Assembly: GCA_000002445.1 (NCBI GenBank)
Contig: CP000071.1
Span: 1,952,001-2,016,000 of the forward strand
DNA from: Trypanosoma brucei
Lineage: Eukaryota
Direction of reading: 5' to 3'
Length of the DNA stretch: 64,000 bases
Part shown: positions 30,971 to 41,980 of the stretch, piece by piece
How the letters are laid out: every line of letters starts with the position of its first letter
Numbering within the stretch: the stretch's first letter is position 1
Notes under the pieces: generated by a model
Told to the model about the DNA's origin: nothing
Databases searched by the model: none
The model's input: the letters and a program-made list of their open reading frames with translations, nothing else
Position numbers and translations under genes: made by a program

Positions 30971-33217
30971 CTATCGAAACCGGAGCATTTTGATGGATTT
31001 ACTGTCCCCGTACGAACCCGGTGCAGAGTACTGGTACATGGAATACCAATGGTTGACGAAGGACCATATCTCCATATCCCACGAAGGGTCAAGCCGCTTC
31101 ACGGCCGTGCGTTGACACCGCGGGGTGTGGTCTTCCAGCACCGTCCCTTGAATGGCTGCTAAACGATCTCCTCCTTCGCACTCCGCCCTATGCGCAGCTT
31201 CATTTGCCGTCGCCACTGCGGCTAGAAGTGTATTAACCATAAATGGGGAGGTTAGGGTAAAGTGAAAGGAGGGATGTTGCTGCTGCCCGTCCTCCTTTTC
31301 AGCGTTTGGCCGTGTACCAAAAACCTCAGCGACGTTTTCAATTAGCCCCCTCTTTGGCACGAACGCAGAAAGAAGCCCCGCCGCTCCGGTTGCCCGGCGT
31401 TGTACGACATCACAAACGGTCTCCACTACATTTACCATTGTTACCTCGTCAGCGACCACAACGTTGTTTTCAACAGCTGCTGATGATGCTGATAAAACGC
31501 TTTCGTAAGCAAGACAGCGAGTTGCAACGGAGGTGAAAACAAGGCTCAGTTTTTCGGCTGTGACGGGGCTGACGGTCGTCACGAAGGGCGCCATGTTCGA
31601 TATGACAGCGCTGCACATTGGACTAAGCAGCCGTATAGAGTGATGTGGCATTAGCAGGAAGTAGCATAGTGTGATGACTATAAGATCATTGTAAGTCCCA
31701 ACAAAGGTGTCAAAACTGAACGGGATTGACTCGCGGAATGGGGTATTGCACTGGAGGCAGAAGCTGCTAGACCCAGTAAGTCGCATAAGAATAAACAACA
31801 CTAGCTGCAAACGGGAAGACAACCGCGGACTCCTTCTTGCGTCTAGAGCGTAGTCAACCAAAGGCAAAATGTATTTCAATGTAACCTGTTCGCACCCAAA
31901 AGCCTGTGAACAAGCCGGTGACAAGTCAATGAGGCGCCACAAAAGCATCATTGACTCATTCGAAGCTGCAAAACGACGCTGTGAGTCAGGTAGATACGTG
32001 CGCTTCGCATATAATCTAAGGCCGACGATGTTTTGAAGATTGTGAACAATGTGCGTCGCTTCTTCCCTCGTCAAACAACGAAAAAAATCCCTTGCACCCT
32101 GGGATACGGCGACACCCGATGCCGCACTGCCATCTTCCAACTGGTCACACTCACAGGAGGCTCCAGTGTTCCCAACTGGGGCACTGGGATAACAAATTAC
32201 GGAGCTCAAGAACCGGGCGCTCATGAGGACCACATCCTCCTCCTCTCCAACCCAGTAACTCGTGTACGGAAGCAGACCATACGGCACATACGAAAGTAGA
32301 GCATTCAGGGTTGACGCCACAAGCGGTTTCAGCAGCGACGCGTTCTCAGGGCTTAAAAGCACCTCTGTGAAGAAAACATCAGGGGTGTTGGGAGGAAGCA
32401 ATAAAGGGTAAGACAACAGCACAGTTAGTGTACCAAGAAGTTCGTGACGGACAGCATGCGTTGTAGCTGTCACCGCTTTAGACTCTGCAGCCACCCGTTG
32501 ACCAGCAACACCTGAGTACCACAGGAGTGACACGTCCGAATGGGTACACCCAGATGTTTCGGTGGGAGTGGTCCCCACACCTGCCCCCAAACCTTCAAGG
32601 AAGCAGCAATCGAGTAGCAACCGGACGAGAAACTTCCCAAGGGGTTCGCTTTGTCCTGGAAGGGGGGGAAATGTCTCTTCCGGCTGCTCGTCGTTGCAGA
32701 CACACCCACGTGCAAAAAATGACTGTACAAACATTTCGGTAAATGCTGTTCTCTTTCTTTTGTCGCGCAATGCTTTAGAGGAAGCTTGCATCGGCACTGC
32801 GTCCCCACCATCTGCCTTGGAGTTGTCACTGCTGCCAGTGACCTCAGCTGATGAACCATCTACTTCCTCGCACGGGGTACCGCCGTCCTCCATGGCAATA
32901 GGAAGAATCCGCCTCATCACCCGCAATGCATTTAGAAACGGTTGCACACCCACCACCTGCCCCTTTGAATTGGAACTACGACAGCTTGCGGCGGTGTTGG
33001 CGAGCACCTCAACGCACTTTAGCAGAAGCAACGCAAAGTTCCTTGTGTAACAGTGCCGCATAGTTCTTAGCGTGTGGAACGGTAAGGCGCGTTGCAACTC
33101 TTCATGGGAAAGTGGAGTATCAAGAAGAAGCTGAAGCACGCCGTCGCTGATTGGTACGTCAGATGTCATGGTGCGCAAAGCCCTTGCGACATCTATCGTA
33201 GAACCAGATGTACCCAT
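30971..33217 (-). CDS. Hypothetical protein (749 aa after start correction); N-terminus MGTSGS fits an N-myristoylation consensus
   Basis: The ORF-track N-terminal 86 codons translate a polypyrimidine tract (FVLLFLVLLY...). The first Met after that tract is MGTSGSTIDVAR at 33215-33217 ('cat' on plus). Gly2 and Ser6 match M-G-x-x-x-S/T. Confidence 0.6.
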   Translation of the reverse strand: MGTSGSTIDVARALRTMTSDVPISDGVLQLLLDTPLSHEELQRALPFHTLRTMRHCYTRNFALLLLKCVEVLANTAASCRSSNSKGQVVGVQPFLNALRVMRRILPIAMEDGGTPCEEVDGSSAEVTGSSDNSKADGGDAVPMQASSKALRDKRKRTAFTEMFVQSFFARGCVCNDEQPEETFPPLPGQSEPLGKFLVRLLLDCCFLEGLGAGVGTTPTETSGCTHSDVSLLWYSGVAGQRVAAESKAVTATTHAVRHELLGTLTVLLSYPLLLPPNTPDVFFTEVLLSPENASLLKPLVASTLNALLSYVPYGLLPYTSYWVGEEEDVVLMSARFLSSVICYPSAPVGNTGASCECDQLEDGSAASGVAVSQGARDFFRCLTREEATHIVHNLQNIVGLRLYAKRTYLPDSQRRFAASNESMMLLWRLIDLSPACSQAFGCEQVTLKYILPLVDYALDARRSPRLSSRLQLVLFILMRLTGSSSFCLQCNTPFRESIPFSFDTFVGTYNDLIVITLCYFLLMPHHSIRLLSPMCSAVISNMAPFVTTVSPVTAEKLSLVFTSVATRCLAYESVLSASSAAVENNVVVADEVTMVNVVETVCDVVQRRATGAAGLLSAFVPKRGLIENVAEVFGTRPNAEKEDGQQQHPSFHFTLTSPFMVNTLLAAVATANEAAHRAECEGGDRLAAIQGTVLEDHTPRCQRTAVKRLDPSWDMEIWSFVNHWYSMYQYSAPGSYGDSKSIKMLRFR

Positions 33218-33340
33218 CTGATGGGGGTATGACCTTCCCTTGTCCACACATGAAGCATAAAGCAAAACCAAAAAAAGGAGCACGAAAGTGACAGCATAAA
33301 CCGCAACAAATAAGGGGCGAAAGCAAGGCAAAGGGAAAGC
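33218..33340 (-). promoter_or_regulatory. Polypyrimidine tract / trans-splice acceptor region for the 749-aa gene
   Basis: The plus strand is strongly purine-rich (ggagcacgaaagtgacagcataaaccgcaacaaataaggggcgaaagcaaggcaaagggaaagcggg), so it is poly-Y on the minus strand directly 5' of the MGTSGS start. Confidence 0.55.
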
Positions 33341-33817
33341 GGGCATCTGTGTCGAAAGAAAACATACATGGTTACGTGAGTTGTGACTGCAGGTGCAGCC
33401 GTGACGCACGTACAGACACAACAAATGCGGCATTGAGGGGAAAAAAAAGTCGCTGCATCCCATGAATGTATTCAACTAAAGGGGGAAAAAGGAAGACGAG
33501 GCCTAAAAAGTACAAACACGTAATTCGCGAAGTGCCGACAACGACAATCACGAAGCTCCCGAAAAGCAGACGTGCCACCAAACACCACAAATACAAAGGG
33601 GGAGAAATATCCACCAATTGGGCAGCCCCCGATACACTATAAACTACCAAAACACAACACTTCCGTCCACAGGATGCTAGGGTTTCAAAAGGAAATGTGT
33701 GCGCGGTTCCGTCCGACCTACCACGTGCGGAGCCACGGGATTTGACGCAATTAGGCGTATTTGGTCGACATCTTCGCTACCTATTACATCACCATTACGT
33801 CACCTCCATCCCCCCCC

Positions 33818-33856
33818 ACGCACACACAAACACACAAACACACACAAACACACACA
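33818..33856. repeat. Imperfect CA-rich microsatellite (cacgcacacacaaacacacaaacacacacaaacacacacac)
   Basis: Visible directly in the intergenic region. Confidence 0.7.
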
Positions 33857-34192
33857 CTTTCCTGCGTTCTTCTACCTCGGTCCTTTGCAAGAAGAAAAGT
33901 AATAATTAAGGGGCCACAAAGTATACACGTCTATGTCTATGCACGTGCACTCATTTAAATGCTACCCTTAGCACACATAACGACAAATGTAAACAGACGT
34001 ACTCAAACGAATACCACAGTACAATCTACACTAGTGCCTCCGCACATGTGATTTTCTGTCAGATATGTACAAACAAACAACGGTAAAACCAAATTACATG
34101 CATGTGCTCAAACTCGATTGCGTACGTGTCCGCAGACCGCATCTTCTTCTGGGACAGCCCGCACAATTTACATCTACTGACACATCTACGCC

Positions 34193-36703
34193 TCAATACA
34201 CTTGTTCCTCCAACCTAAATTCAGGGTACACCCTGTTGCGGCGAAGCAAGCGCTCCTTATCCCTTAGTGCTCGCAGCTCTACGGCCCTTCTCCTCGCAGC
34301 GTACACGCGGTAAGCACATTGTATGACCACCGCAGCACTGTGCCTGTGGGACTCCAAACGTCCTACTTCCTCGGCTAGAAGCTTCACTCGGTGGTGTTTT
34401 ACAGCTCTTTTCATGCGTTTGCGCACCAAGTAACCACGAAAAGCCGCTTGAATTCTTGTCGCGAGCTCCCTAAGCGCCGCAGCACGATAACAATTTCGAC
34501 CGTAGCAGCGCCTCACGTGCACCTCTCTACCGTGAACTCGGCGGACTAAAAACCCTCGAAAAGTCTTCTGAATTACAGTGGCACTGTGCTCTCTGGAATA
34601 CCTATAATGATGAAGCACGTACCGCTTGAATTGTCCTGTATCACGCCACTTGGCCAATAAAAAGGCATGCCGGCGATACGCAACTTGAATTTGTCGGGCA
34701 GCAAATTCACGTCTTTCATGCTCCGCTCGCTCCAACAACTCATTCCGCCTTTCCTCACGGTACTGGAGGAAGCTGGCACGCGCAACGCGTGCCCGGTACA
34801 TACCTTGCATCCTCGCTATCCGTTGTATATAAGCCTGTTTCTCAGCCCTCCGCCTCTGTAACTCCCTCTTCGCTAACCAAATCCGCGCATTTTTCTGCAA
34901 CGTAATAACCGCGGCCCCCTCGAAGTGCCTCGCTCGCATCAACGGGAGTGCTGAAACCTCGCTACACTTCTTAGCTGCAACAACCATACGAAGGAAGCGG
35001 ATGATTCGCTTCGCACACAATTTTTCCAATGTCTGCTGCACCAACCGCTTGGTTTTCATAGCCTCCTTCAGCTTGACAAAATCCTGTACGAAATTGAAGG
35101 CAATAAGCGCCTCCTTTATCATATGAGTTGCCCTCCATCGCTCCTCGAACGCGTTTTCGGCCTGTACAAGAGCCGAAAGTCGGCTGTTCAACACCTTCTT
35201 GAGGCCGGCAACATTCCGTAGCGCATCATTAATGGTCTTCTCTGACATAGGTGGCAATGGAACGATGGTCTTCACGATACCGGCCATCACTGGGGACGGA
35301 ACAAGATTGGGCTTCCCTTTGCCCTGTGGAATGATAAATCCCTGATTGTGGCGTGGAGCAAACGGTGACCATACAGACCTTTTGGCAAACGTGAGGCACC
35401 CCCTCTCAGCCTCATCGGCAATCTGCAGGGGTGTCTCCTTCAGCAATGACAGCATTGCAACACCCCTCAGGGAGTCAAATGTAACAAACGAAAAAGGCGA
35501 TTCATATGTTTCATCCTTTCCAAAAACGCGCTCTTGGGCCTCCCTTGGCCCCATGAGTGGGACGATTAAATTCTCTAAACCTTTGTTAAGTATTGCCCAT
35601 CGCACCTCGTCATTGATGGGAGGAGGTTCAAACAAATCGCTTTTGTCGTCACCTGTTGCTGAGGACGCCCCACTTTTAGCCTTTCCCCTCATGTTTAGAC
35701 TCCTGGAAGCCCTATGAGAGGCTCTCTTCCGACTCACACCCGACACCCTCTGGCGCATCGGGAAATCCAACCCCAAAATGGCATCCAGATCGAGCGCTGC
35801 CGCCGCTTGCCGGGCGATAGCTTCATTTCGTCGCTGCTGCACGATTTCCTGGAACCTTTTATGGGAATCTTCAATAATCTTGGACCATTGTTGGTATGGA
35901 TTCCCAACAATTGTGCACTCCGCATCCGTATAATACTTTTCTGCCTCCGGCAATGAGCTGTACTCACCAGCTATGCCCAAGTTGAAATATGCGCACGCAA
36001 TAAGGAGATCATCCAAATCTTTGTTCACACCGTCCCCACTACACAACGTAATGCCGTTATCTTCGGCGTTATCCTCTTGTTTGCAGACTTCTATAGCCGT
36101 TAGACGGGCCTCTTGGAAGGAACATTTGCTTATGTGCACGACACACATGTTAAGAAGCGCTATACGAGCTAACTGCTCAGTTAATGCCGAGTTCAACGCC
36201 AACTGTAGAAAGTAAAAGGCCCTATCGAGGTCTCCCCGTCGGATAAGTAGACAACCCCAGTTATTCAGGGTTACAGCCACAAGAAACGACATACCCTCAT
36301 CTTCAATAATACTGCTGTTGCTGCCGGATCCCATGCTGCACTTCGCTACATCCTCTATGCGTGCGGTTAAAAGACCCCCCCGTACATAACCTCTTTCTTC
36401 CAACTTCCTTAGGGAGTAAAGCAAAAAATCCTCCGCCTGCTTATCATTTGCAGAGGCCGCATTGGCACCGAACATGTTGCAGTACAGTATAAAATATCTG
36501 AACAAGACATCTTGTGGCACCGGATCACAAGACTCCAACGGTGTGTAGGGCGGGGCAACAAGCAACTCTTTTTGCGAGGTAGAGAGGGCGCGTTCATAGG
36601 CTTTCATCGCCAAGAGATACTTGGATCCGGTATACAACTGCACGGCCTTCTGCATGTAGTCCTCCTCCGTCGGTGCATCGCCCTCTGGTACGCTGCTTGC
36701 CAT
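34193..36703 (-). CDS. IQ calmodulin-binding-motif protein with TPR-like N-terminal half (837 aa after start correction)
   Basis: At least four IQ motifs in the C-terminal third (IQRIARMQGMYRARV, ATVIQKTFRGFLVRR, ATRIQAAFRGYLVRKR, AVVIQCAYRVYAARRR). The ORF-track N-terminus MLLHLLVNFFLFFFP is a translated poly-Y tract; start corrected to MASSVPEG at 36701-36703. Confidence 0.7.
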   Translation of the reverse strand: MASSVPEGDAPTEEDYMQKAVQLYTGSKYLLAMKAYERALSTSQKELLVAPPYTPLESCDPVPQDVLFRYFILYCNMFGANAASANDKQAEDFLLYSLRKLEERGYVRGGLLTARIEDVAKCSMGSGSNSSIIEDEGMSFLVAVTLNNWGCLLIRRGDLDRAFYFLQLALNSALTEQLARIALLNMCVVHISKCSFQEARLTAIEVCKQEDNAEDNGITLCSGDGVNKDLDDLLIACAYFNLGIAGEYSSLPEAEKYYTDAECTIVGNPYQQWSKIIEDSHKRFQEIVQQRRNEAIARQAAAALDLDAILGLDFPMRQRVSGVSRKRASHRASRSLNMRGKAKSGASSATGDDKSDLFEPPPINDEVRWAILNKGLENLIVPLMGPREAQERVFGKDETYESPFSFVTFDSLRGVAMLSLLKETPLQIADEAERGCLTFAKRSVWSPFAPRHNQGFIIPQGKGKPNLVPSPVMAGIVKTIVPLPPMSEKTINDALRNVAGLKKVLNSRLSALVQAENAFEERWRATHMIKEALIAFNFVQDFVKLKEAMKTKRLVQQTLEKLCAKRIIRFLRMVVAAKKCSEVSALPLMRARHFEGAAVITLQKNARIWLAKRELQRRRAEKQAYIQRIARMQGMYRARVARASFLQYREERRNELLERAEHERREFAARQIQVAYRRHAFLLAKWRDTGQFKRYVLHHYRYSREHSATVIQKTFRGFLVRRVHGREVHVRRCYGRNCYRAAALRELATRIQAAFRGYLVRKRMKRAVKHHRVKLLAEEVGRLESHRHSAAVVIQCAYRVYAARRRAVELRALRDKERLLRRNRVYPEFRLEEQVY

Positions 36704-36868
36704 ATCTAAATTACTACGTTTACGAGTGCATGTGGGGAAGAAGAACAGAAAAAAATTAACGAGGAGGTGCAATAGCAAAAGCTCTTACATTCGCTTGAAT
36801 AAAATTCAAAAAAGAACATAAGCAAATCTCCGCCGAAAAAAAAAAATTCTCACCAAATGGCGAACAAT

Positions 36869-39550
36869 TTATGTGGAAGGTGTTAGTAGAAGTTGTCGAC
36901 GGCGCCTTCCTTCACCGTTAATCGTGTTGCGCCCCCCCTTAGAGGTATCTTTTGAAAGCAGCATGTAGCTGCTACCACTTGCTCCCCCCAAACTGCCGAA
37001 TTCATCCGCTGCATGCTCCTTGTGAAGTGCTACCGCACACCACTTGAGGAAGGAAACGATGTCCGATACGTCATCCGTTTGCAATACCCATGTGTCATTG
37101 GCCTCGATGTACTGATCAAGTTCGGCAGACGCACCGATAGGAGTTCGGTAACAAACCACAATCTTCATTGCGCGGCCAAAAAACAAAACGTCATCAACCA
37201 GCAGTTCCCCAAACCGCATTCCCACAACTTGGAATACAATCCTTCGAGTACCTAACTTCGAGGCTTCCCGATGAAGCATTCTTGCGCTGTGCCACGAATC
37301 AACCTTAAAGACAACACCCACTTGAATACAACTGTTAACGAACTCATCGTATGCTTCCTGAGACTGGGGTTGGGACTCCAGCTGTAATTGCGACCACATA
37401 CGCTCAACATGAAGCTTAGAACCAACGCTCATGACCCCAACATGGGATGCCGTCTGTGATGGCAACCTACCCTTATCACTCTCGCCCTCCGCATTTTTTT
37501 CCAACATATATTCAGCGATGCTCCTTACGCCGAGATGAGAAACAGATGGCAAGTGCTCTTTTGCATTTTCCGATACTTCTAATTGCGGTGAATGTGTCTT
37601 CGGCGCATGCCCATAAAGCAGTTGGTATTCCAAAGAAGTGGTATCTTTCAGTTGGCCATAATCACCCAAATGAGGAAAGGATACGTCCATTCCCCGGGGG
37701 CGAAGAAGATGTAATTTGCTGGGGAAACATTCCACAAACCATTGGAGTAAGCGTCGGTAACCGAATATACGGTCCCTCTCACCTACTGACGGAATTGAGA
37801 GGACGTGGGTTCCCGCCCCCGGACAACCACTGGTACTGTGCGCATCAACGAGGGTGACTGCCGTTCCTGGCAACGCTCGATCTACAAAATTGCCGTAGGC
37901 ATCCACCATATAGTCCACGTATCCCTTGGACTGATCGACAATAAAGGGCATCCCCTTTGTGATGCATCCCTCCCTGACGACAACAGTTAGCACAAGGCAA
38001 TTTGAACTGGTAGGGTTATTACTGTTCATTTTATTACGGACAGCATTGACGGAAGAGTTGATACGTACGGACACGCTGTTCCGCTCAAAGCGAGATTGCT
38101 GTTTTCTGGAAGTCATATCCTTCCTCTTTACGATATCCTGAACACCCTTTTTTGTTCTGAACCCTTCCTCGTCAAAGAGGTGTTTCGACGACTCTAAAAC
38201 AACACCTTGAATTGAACAGCAATGCGAAGTATAATCCGCCGCCCGGCTCATACATTTTGGCGGAAATGCGGATGTCATAAGCTCCACAACAGACCAAAAA
38301 AGATCGATATTCCTGTCGCCCTTGGCCGAAACGCACACCCCAACACAGCTACGGCTTAAGTCAACACAGGGATTTTTCCTACTACCTCGGTAAGTATGGT
38401 CAATAGTCTTCATGGGAGCAAATAATTGAAGAAGATTTGCAGCGCCATCGCACGCGTCAGTTAATACTTCGGTCGCGGATTGGTCAGCGCGAAGTCTCTC
38501 CAGGTCCCTGTGGCTTCGAACTAGCGTAACATTCAAACCAGCCCCTCGAAGATCGATAAGGGTCTTGGACACGGCTTCAGCAGCTTTCCGAGCGTTCGAA
38601 AATAAATCCATTTTATTGAGCACGACAACGACAGGGTTATCAACGTTTAACGCTACCTTAATGGTTTCGTAGGTCTGGCTTCCAACGCCATCAACCACCG
38701 ATACTACTAAAGCGATAAAATCGGCAACATTTTGCGCGTGTAGACGCGTTTCAGTAAATGTACGCTCACCCGGTGTATCCAGTAAAGTAACCGTCGGGCG
38801 GCGTCCCTCAATATACGGAACCGTAAAGGCCCTTAGACACTGGGTCGATCCCCTAGACTCTTCGCCGCGTAAGTTGGTCTCTTGTAAAGTATCAAGGAAG
38901 GTAGTTTTTCCATGCTGGGTGTGACCCATAACTGCGATTACCGGAACTCGAGTAAACGTACGTGGATGCAAACGTTTGAGATAATCAATACCGGTAGAGA
39001 CGTACACATCTTTTTCAACCCACTGAATGAATCGATTGCTCCCAAATCCAGTGGCGTCACGGGAAATTCGGAGCTCCTCTCTTTTCAGCTCCATTGCCGA
39101 TTCCCTTCGCACATAATCGGGAAGTCTCTTCAGTATAATGTTCGTAGCAATCTGGTATGGTACAATACACGTGGCAAGGCGTTCGTTCCGGAGACCATAC
39201 TCTTCCCAGACAGCGCGCTCAACTTCCTTTTCCCGCAAGTTAAGCAGTGGAGCCAAGTCTTCTCGAACTTTGCCACGAGTGTTGCAGTCAAAAGACTTGC
39301 AGCGGGCGGAACTGTTCCTCGCGAGAAAGTCTTCTTCGCAGAAATTTGCAAGCCTGTTTGTGCAAGAACGAACAAAACCAACAAAGGAGGTTACGTCCAT
39401 AACCGAAGGAAGTGAGTAAAATGCATTGCATGGCCTCTTCTGAAAAAAACGAGTGTGACGCATGCTTACACCATCGCTTTCTAGAAGGAGAAAGTGAGGA
39501 CAAACGACAGATATTGACAACATGATCAATAAGAGATCGGGCTTAAACAT
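36869..39550 (-). CDS. Translation initiation factor IF-2-like GTPase (possibly organellar) (893 aa); start codon uncertain
   Basis: G domain collinear with bacterial/mitochondrial IF-2: VIAVMGHTQHGKTTFLDTL (G1), TLLDTPGERTF (G3), VVVLNKMDL (G4), followed by the long IF2-type C-terminal region. Confidence 0.68.
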   Translation of the reverse strand: MFKPDLLLIMLSISVVCPHFLLLESDGVSMRHTRFFQKRPCNAFYSLPSVMDVTSFVGFVRSCTNRLANFCEEDFLARNSSARCKSFDCNTRGKVREDLAPLLNLREKEVERAVWEEYGLRNERLATCIVPYQIATNIILKRLPDYVRRESAMELKREELRISRDATGFGSNRFIQWVEKDVYVSTGIDYLKRLHPRTFTRVPVIAVMGHTQHGKTTFLDTLQETNLRGEESRGSTQCLRAFTVPYIEGRRPTVTLLDTPGERTFTETRLHAQNVADFIALVVSVVDGVGSQTYETIKVALNVDNPVVVVLNKMDLFSNARKAAEAVSKTLIDLRGAGLNVTLVRSHRDLERLRADQSATEVLTDACDGAANLLQLFAPMKTIDHTYRGSRKNPCVDLSRSCVGVCVSAKGDRNIDLFWSVVELMTSAFPPKCMSRAADYTSHCCSIQGVVLESSKHLFDEEGFRTKKGVQDIVKRKDMTSRKQQSRFERNSVSVRINSSVNAVRNKMNSNNPTSSNCLVLTVVVREGCITKGMPFIVDQSKGYVDYMVDAYGNFVDRALPGTAVTLVDAHSTSGCPGAGTHVLSIPSVGERDRIFGYRRLLQWFVECFPSKLHLLRPRGMDVSFPHLGDYGQLKDTTSLEYQLLYGHAPKTHSPQLEVSENAKEHLPSVSHLGVRSIAEYMLEKNAEGESDKGRLPSQTASHVGVMSVGSKLHVERMWSQLQLESQPQSQEAYDEFVNSCIQVGVVFKVDSWHSARMLHREASKLGTRRIVFQVVGMRFGELLVDDVLFFGRAMKIVVCYRTPIGASAELDQYIEANDTWVLQTDDVSDIVSFLKWCAVALHKEHAADEFGSLGGASGSSYMLLSKDTSKGGRNTINGEGRRRRQLLLTPST

Positions 39551-40260
39551 CGGTAGGTGTTCACATCAATATATGTATACAGCAAAAGTTTAATAAACAA
39601 TACCCCTGGACAGAATCAGCCAGTGAGAAAAGAAACGGAAACATTAAATAAAAAGGGGATGTAGTAGGGTACACTGATAACTACACCAAACATACCTAAT
39701 AAAAATAATACTAGTGATACTAATAAACAAACTTCTTTAAAAGATGCCCAGTCTTTTCCTTCGTTCCTCCACGAAGTGCAAGTTGTCCTGTACGGGAAAC
39801 TCTCTACGCCTTGAAGAATAAGGCAACACAGAAAAAGGGCAGCATTGCCCTCAATGAAAGCAAGAAGACTCCACTGTCAACCCATAGAGTATAAAGCATC
39901 TTCTCACGAGCCATGACATAGCTCGGATGGGTGTAAAAGACATTGGTTGCCCTCCCTCGTACTATCTTGTCCGCAAGCGTTGCACATGACTTTTCCACCT
40001 GAAGTGAAATTGAGCGAGCGTATCGCGTGACGACGGGATTTGAAAGGCGATATCCAAGTGAACGAATCATTATTTTTTTTTTGACAACCCCTAGTACAAT
40101 CAAATATGGTTGCAACAAGTGAACAGTTGAGGAAATGGAGGGGGGAAAATAGTGGCAAATGAGCAATAATAAAGCAGAACTTACCAAACAGTGGGTCAAA
40201 AATGTTCGATATATGATTCACAAGAAGGAGAAATTAGTATAGCACGTACAAGTCAAAAAA

Positions 40261-40896
40261 TCATGTGGCAACGGATCTGAAATCAAGAACAAATTGGGTT
40301 TCGCCTTTCTCATTCCGGCTTGCTTGAATTTTGATGGGCCCACTGGGGTACATTACTTGAACAAACCCCCGCAAGATACTAACCGCATACCTCAACACAT
40401 CACTGTCGGGGGGCAAAACACTCCCACTCTCCTTTCCTTGATCGGTGGGTCCATCACCCCCACAATACTTTTCTGAAGAGTCATACGGGTACCCATCAAC
40501 TGCAGAAACGATTTGGTCCGACTTTGCATCCGAAAATCCTTGAAGCCAGCGAAAATTGTTGTCGATTAAGCAAAAATAAATTTTGTCCATATGCTTCATT
40601 CTGTCAACCTTCTTTCCAAACACGGTCTTCCACAGGTGCTGACCCACAAAACGAGCTACGTCATTGGGGGTCGAACCCCCAAATGTTGCTTCTCGATATA
40701 ATAAACGCTCAGCCGAGCGTAAACCTACAAGGAGACCCAGTCTCTCGATGCCTTTGGAGCCAAATTCAGTATCAACCTCTTTGTTCCTACAAAAATTGAT
40801 CTCTTTCTTCTGACTGTTGCCTCTCAGCGCATATGAAACAAGTTCTAAACTCAGTTCTGACACCACACTCTCACTAACCAAGCCATGTTGACTCAT
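40261..40896 (-). CDS. TRAPP complex subunit, Bet3-fold family, closest to TRAPPC5/Trs31 (211 aa)
   Basis: Motif block LWKTVFGKKVDRMKHMDKIYFCLIDNNFRWLQ parallels human TRAPPC5 VWKALFGKEADKLEQANDDARTFYIIEREPL. Size is typical. Confidence 0.65.
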   Translation of the reverse strand: MSQHGLVSESVVSELSLELVSYALRGNSQKKEINFCRNKEVDTEFGSKGIERLGLLVGLRSAERLLYREATFGGSTPNDVARFVGQHLWKTVFGKKVDRMKHMDKIYFCLIDNNFRWLQGFSDAKSDQIVSAVDGYPYDSSEKYCGGDGPTDQGKESGSVLPPDSDVLRYAVSILRGFVQVMYPSGPIKIQASRNEKGETQFVLDFRSVAT

Positions 40897-41115
40897 CCTT
40901 TCCTCACTTCACTACATATATGTATATTTTAAAGAGCAAATGTAGTTGGATCGTCCCTTAGCAACCTTATGATAGAGTTTAGCGACTACTTCAGTTACCA
41001 TCACATATTATACTACCGCTTACAAATGAAATTGCGGTATCACAAACATCGTTGTATAAACACACTGAGAGCACCGTTTTGTTTGGAGTAGTCTTTACCT
41101 GAAAAGGGGGGGAAA

Positions 41116-41703
41116 TTATTGCTTCGCCTTGGGGACAACCTCAGACACAGCGTACGGACTACCAACAATGACACACCCCTCCTGTACGTACGGAACAAGT
41201 GCATCTCTCAACCCCATAAGTGCATCTAACCCACCGGTTACCCTTCCAAACGCCACGTGCCTCTTATCTAAAGAATCCAATTCCAGTCGATTGTCTGTTA
41301 AACAAAAGAAAAATGACTCGTCAAAGCTTGTGGATGAACGGCAAAGAGAGGCAATGCCCACCCCGTGGTTTACACGTCCGATTTCTGCTTCTAGCTCGGA
41401 AAGAGGAACGGCCCGAGGGCCTGAACCATCGGCAACCTGGAGTGCCTCTTTTGTCAACCTGACAAAACGGCACCCCTTGTAAGAGCCCCTCTTCGCGTTA
41501 CGCTTGTCACCCACAGTTGGGAAGGCACACGTTTGCAAGAAAAGATCACATGCTTTGGGGACTTTGTTTACGAATAATTCTACATCGATTCTTGTGAACG
41601 GTTCATCACCATCTTTCACAACAAACATCGAAACCACAGGCATGTTATCATCCCCGGTTCCCTCATGAAACTTGTGGACTTTGTTGGACCTCTTGACTGG
41701 CAT
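41116..41703 (-). CDS. Divergent cyclophilin-type peptidyl-prolyl isomerase-like protein (195 aa)
   Basis: Cyclophilin fold landmarks: ELFVNKVPKACDLF, YKGCRFVRL, ...ESFFFCLTDNRLELDSLDKRHVAFGRVTGGLDALMGL (cf. SQFFICT...LDGKHVVFGKVKEGM). Confidence 0.72.
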   Translation of the reverse strand: MPVKRSNKVHKFHEGTGDDNMPVVSMFVVKDGDEPFTRIDVELFVNKVPKACDLFLQTCAFPTVGDKRNAKRGSYKGCRFVRLTKEALQVADGSGPRAVPLSELEAEIGRVNHGVGIASLCRSSTSFDESFFFCLTDNRLELDSLDKRHVAFGRVTGGLDALMGLRDALVPYVQEGCVIVGSPYAVSEVVPKAKQ

Positions 41704-41980
41704 CGCTACGTGACTTCACTTCAAACCCCACAACTCCAACACCAGTAGAAACGAGACAGACTAAATACGTCCAAATGTCACCAATGCAACGTCCTACGTG
41801 AAAGCAGAAGTCAAAAAGAGAGCAAAATAATTTTTACACCAGGGGTTTCAATTACATGAAAGGAATTCGCCTGTGAGAACTCGTGTGCACGCGATTTCCA
41901 TTTTTTTTTCCAGAAAAAAGAAAGCGAAGGACCAGGAAGTAAGTATAAATGAGTATGCCACGCCTGCTACACGTATGCAG

